Part shown: piece by piece, positions 60,756 through 64,000 of the stretch | How the letters are laid out: each line of letters starts with the position of its first letter | How positions within the stretch are numbered: position 1 is the stretch's first letter | NCBI RefSeq assembly: GCF_009914755.1 | Contig: NC_060928.1 | Length of the DNA stretch: 64,000 nucleotides | Direction: 5' to 3' (one strand) | From: the human T2T-CHM13v2.0 reference genome, Homo sapiens | Program-made: the position numbers and the translations under genes | The notes under the pieces: model-generated | Told to the model about the DNA's origin: nothing | The model's database searches: none | The model's input: the letters and a program-made list of their open reading frames with translations, nothing else

Positions 60756-63700
60756 CCCACCTGCTGTTTTTAGTCTCCGTTCTTATGTCTTCTAATGTAA
60801 CTCTGTGCTTATTACCATGAAATGTCTTGCCTGTTATGTAGTCATCATTGACTACTTATTTGTCATTCCCAATGGAAAGTAAGCCCCTTGAAAGTAGATA
60901 ACATGCATTTTTCAGATTTGCGTTTCTAGTGCCTTTCCCTGGTGCTCATTACTTAACTTTTAATGGATAAATGATTCCATATGGAACACAGGATGAAGGA
61001 AAAAGAACTTTTTTCCTAACACCAGAGATCCTACACATTCTGGACAAAATCCCCCTTTCTAATCTTACATTCTACAAACTCTCCAATTTGTATGCTTTCT
61101 TTTGCGAAACTGAGCTGCTTGAATTTTCTCCTTATATATTCCATGCTTGCTGTTGCCTTGCTTTTGATTGCACAGTCCCTAGCTTGGAAAGTCCCTGATT
61201 TTCCATGTATCTTAATCCAGTCTCAGAATCACCTCTAAGTCACTTGATTCATCCCCCAGCTGAGAATAATGACAGCATCTTCTGTACTACTCTTTAATTT
61301 CCCGGTCTTTGTCTGCTTGGTATTATAATTATTTTGGGACATGCTTCATTTCTCCTACCAGTGATGGTGCATCCTGAGAGCAGGATACATGCCAGCTTAA
61401 TTAATATATTTCCCATTTAACATGACATAGTGAGTTACCCATTATAGATATTCTAACATTGTTGTGAATCAATAAATGTAGGCAATAGCAAAGTAACTGA
61501 GACTCATCTCCTTTATAGACCTTAAAACAAAAAAGGAAAGTGAGTATCTATTATATTATAGAAACTTAGTTCTGCTTAATGGAAGGAGAATGAACTGAAT
61601 GACCTCTCAAATTTCATACAAACCCTGATTCTAGGAAGTGGAGGGACTATTTTAAGGGATAATTCAGACATTTACTTGGCATATATTAACTACTTCATCA
61701 AGAGATGAAGAGATGAAGATGATGGCTCAGATGTTGGCTGTGCAGACTCCTATGGCCATAGCCTAGCTGTGTGAGGCCATCTACCTTTCTGGGCCTCAGC
61801 ATCATCTTCCATTACATGCAGGTTACATTTGATCATTTCAGAGGTGCTTTTTCCAGTTTTATTTTCTATGTTTCAAAGTTTGCTCTTCTCAGTTTTTGAG
61901 CCTAATTTTTAAAACTTGCTTTATGTGTTTCTTTAGTTTCTACTCTTTTTTTTCCACTGTTTTATATTGTATTTGTGCACATATGCATGGATATTTAGAC
62001 TTTAATTACAAGTGGAGTCACAGCTTACCCTGTGCTGAATTCTCTGACTTCATATGAGAACTTCCTGTGAGACAGTCTCTGTGTAATGGTAAGTGTTCTC
62101 TTAGGCTTTTCAGTCATTTCTGAAAGGCTCCCAGGGAAGTCGAGAGCCACAGAGAGGGAGCAGACTGTGCCTGAGAGATTTCCTGCTCATATAAATTTTA
62201 AAACGCTGTATTGGTTTCTTCATGCATTCTCTTGACAGTGACGTAAGTGCCGATGCATTTCCTGCTCAGCAGAAATTTAATCCAGGTGATGTGCTGGCGG
62301 ACATCACCATTACCTTCAATTTCTATTGGGAGGAGAAAACAATGACACATGAAATGCCTTGAAGAAACTTACAAAGCTTTTCACTCTTCACTCTGAAGAA
62401 TTCAGCAACCACTCTGAGACTTCAGAGTCAGAACAAAATATTTTCATATGGGAAAAATAAATCCTGGCTTAGGGCTCTCTGGTATTAAATTAAAATAAAA
62501 AACCTGCAATAAAGACTAGGCTGTCACACTGATGTCCAGTGGATGATTGAGAAATTATCCAAGTACAAAAGAGATAGGGTAGCTTAGTTCGGAGGGTACT
62601 GAATTTCTTGAGTCTTGCTGATATGATTCTTTTTAGCACTGCTTTTGGTTTGCATTTTAAAATTGATTTGGCTAAATGACCCACCAAAGTCATAAAACTA
62701 AGCTCATTCGTGGCATAGTGAACACTCCCAGTCAAGGTTTCTGCAACCATACCCACCTTATGTTGAAGACTTTTTAGTTCTAAAGTTCTGTTTCTAAGAT
62801 ACCCTGAGATTTCTTGGGATTTTATCATAGCAGCATTGAATGTTGAAAGTAGCTGCAGAAAACTCCCCTTATTGGTGAACATCTGCCAGGCAGAGTTCAA
62901 TTCTGCAAGTCAGTTCCTCAGCTATCTCCAGGATGCCACAGGAAACCCACAGGGATGTGCACAGCCCCTTCTTCCATAGACTCTTGAGAATTTTTTATGC
63001 TTTTGGGGAATCCAAATCATCTTGCTGAGAGAGGATTTAACATCCTGTAGTATATGTAATGGGTAGTTAATTTCAGACATCACTTACAAGCCACAGGCAA
63101 ACCCATGGCCTCCTTCACATGTCTTCTCATGCCTCCTTTTTTTTCCACACACTCTTTAAAGTACAGTTCTTATTTCATAAGAAGCTTTTTAGATTTTTTA
63201 AGGGGTACAATGTTTGCTTCTCTTTTCTTTCTCCTGTCTATTACGTTTTTTTACCTTCCTACTTCCTCTCTTTCCCTTTCCTCTCTTTCTTTTAGGCATC
63301 AACAGCATCCAGCAGGAGGACCATCCGCATGTGCCCAAAGGCTCAATGAGGTAGAGCCACCTTGTTGGAGCTAGCAACTCTTTCCCTGCGCTCGCCTCTC
63401 ATTGCCACAGCGGGCTGTGCTTAGGACTTTCATGAGACTCTTACTTCAGTTTATGGTACAGTGGGGAAAGTGCCCTGTGCTCAGTCAAGTAGTTGGGGCT
63501 CTTTTTTTTTTTTTTTTAACATAACACTTTTAGCCAGAATTTCTGGGTTTAGGTTTATAACTAAAAGGCTTAATTAACATGAAAAACATTTAATATATTA
63601 TGAGGCTGAAGAGATACTATATTTTTGAAAAACTCCCCCTTACTCCTTGCCACCGAAACAAAAATCTTTTGCCTGCCCTCATTTAATGCATGATAGTCAA

Positions 63701-64000
63701 GAGCTTAAGGCATGCACTGTTCCCTGAGTCCACTGGGGTGCTCATGTTTCATTCTCCAACCTGCTCAGGATCCCAGCTGAAGGCTCCACTTTCAGCCTTT
63801 CTGCACACACAAGCAGCCCCATGACTTCCCTCCCACAGTTACACTAACACCTGCAGTGCACACACGCCATACCAGGCAGCAGTGCTGTGCTAAGGGGCAC
63901 GCCAGGGGCGGTACACCAGGCACAGGCAGGAAGGGAGTACACTGTCGATAATAAAACTGATTAAAATCCTACTTTTATTGTCACCATGTGCTGCAATTCT

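Noticed and set aside
62490-62900. 136-aa minus-strand ORF
   Set aside because: No recognisable protein features; not BMPR1B sequence

Overview
Eukaryotic (human/hominoid) genomic DNA, AT-rich and almost entirely intronic. It covers the middle of BMPR1B (ALK6, BMP type I receptor Ser/Thr kinase) on the + strand. Seven coding exons were spliced by hand (25172-25314, 35462-35564, 36427-36529, 44485-44581, 45658-45796, 50552-50744, 51902-52199). All have AG/GT boundaries and give 1076 nt of continuous frame: Cys-rich ectodomain, TM helix, GS box and kinase through the HRD and DLG motifs. The last coding exons lie beyond the window. The introns hold about 14 Alus, a Charlie1 transposon with a nested THE1 LTR and L1 stub, a Tigger3a/MER7 MITE, old HAL1/L1M/L2/MIR debris, microsatellites, and a full-length but dead ~6.2 kb L1PA5-like element antisense to the gene (54571-60755, 16-bp TSD). 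I found no prokaryotic-type system, RNA gene or CRISPR array. Nearly all ORF-track entries outside the exons and L1 are noise. The best lead is the L1 antisense promoter/ORF0 region: it points down the BMPR1B strand, carries a 267-codon open ORF0-like frame, and has a splice donor in the same phase as the BMPR1B intron it sits in. This predicts an in-frame ORF0-BMPR1B kinase C-lobe chimera, which is an untested hypothesis. Repeat subfamily names come from recalled consensus sequences, not from a search.
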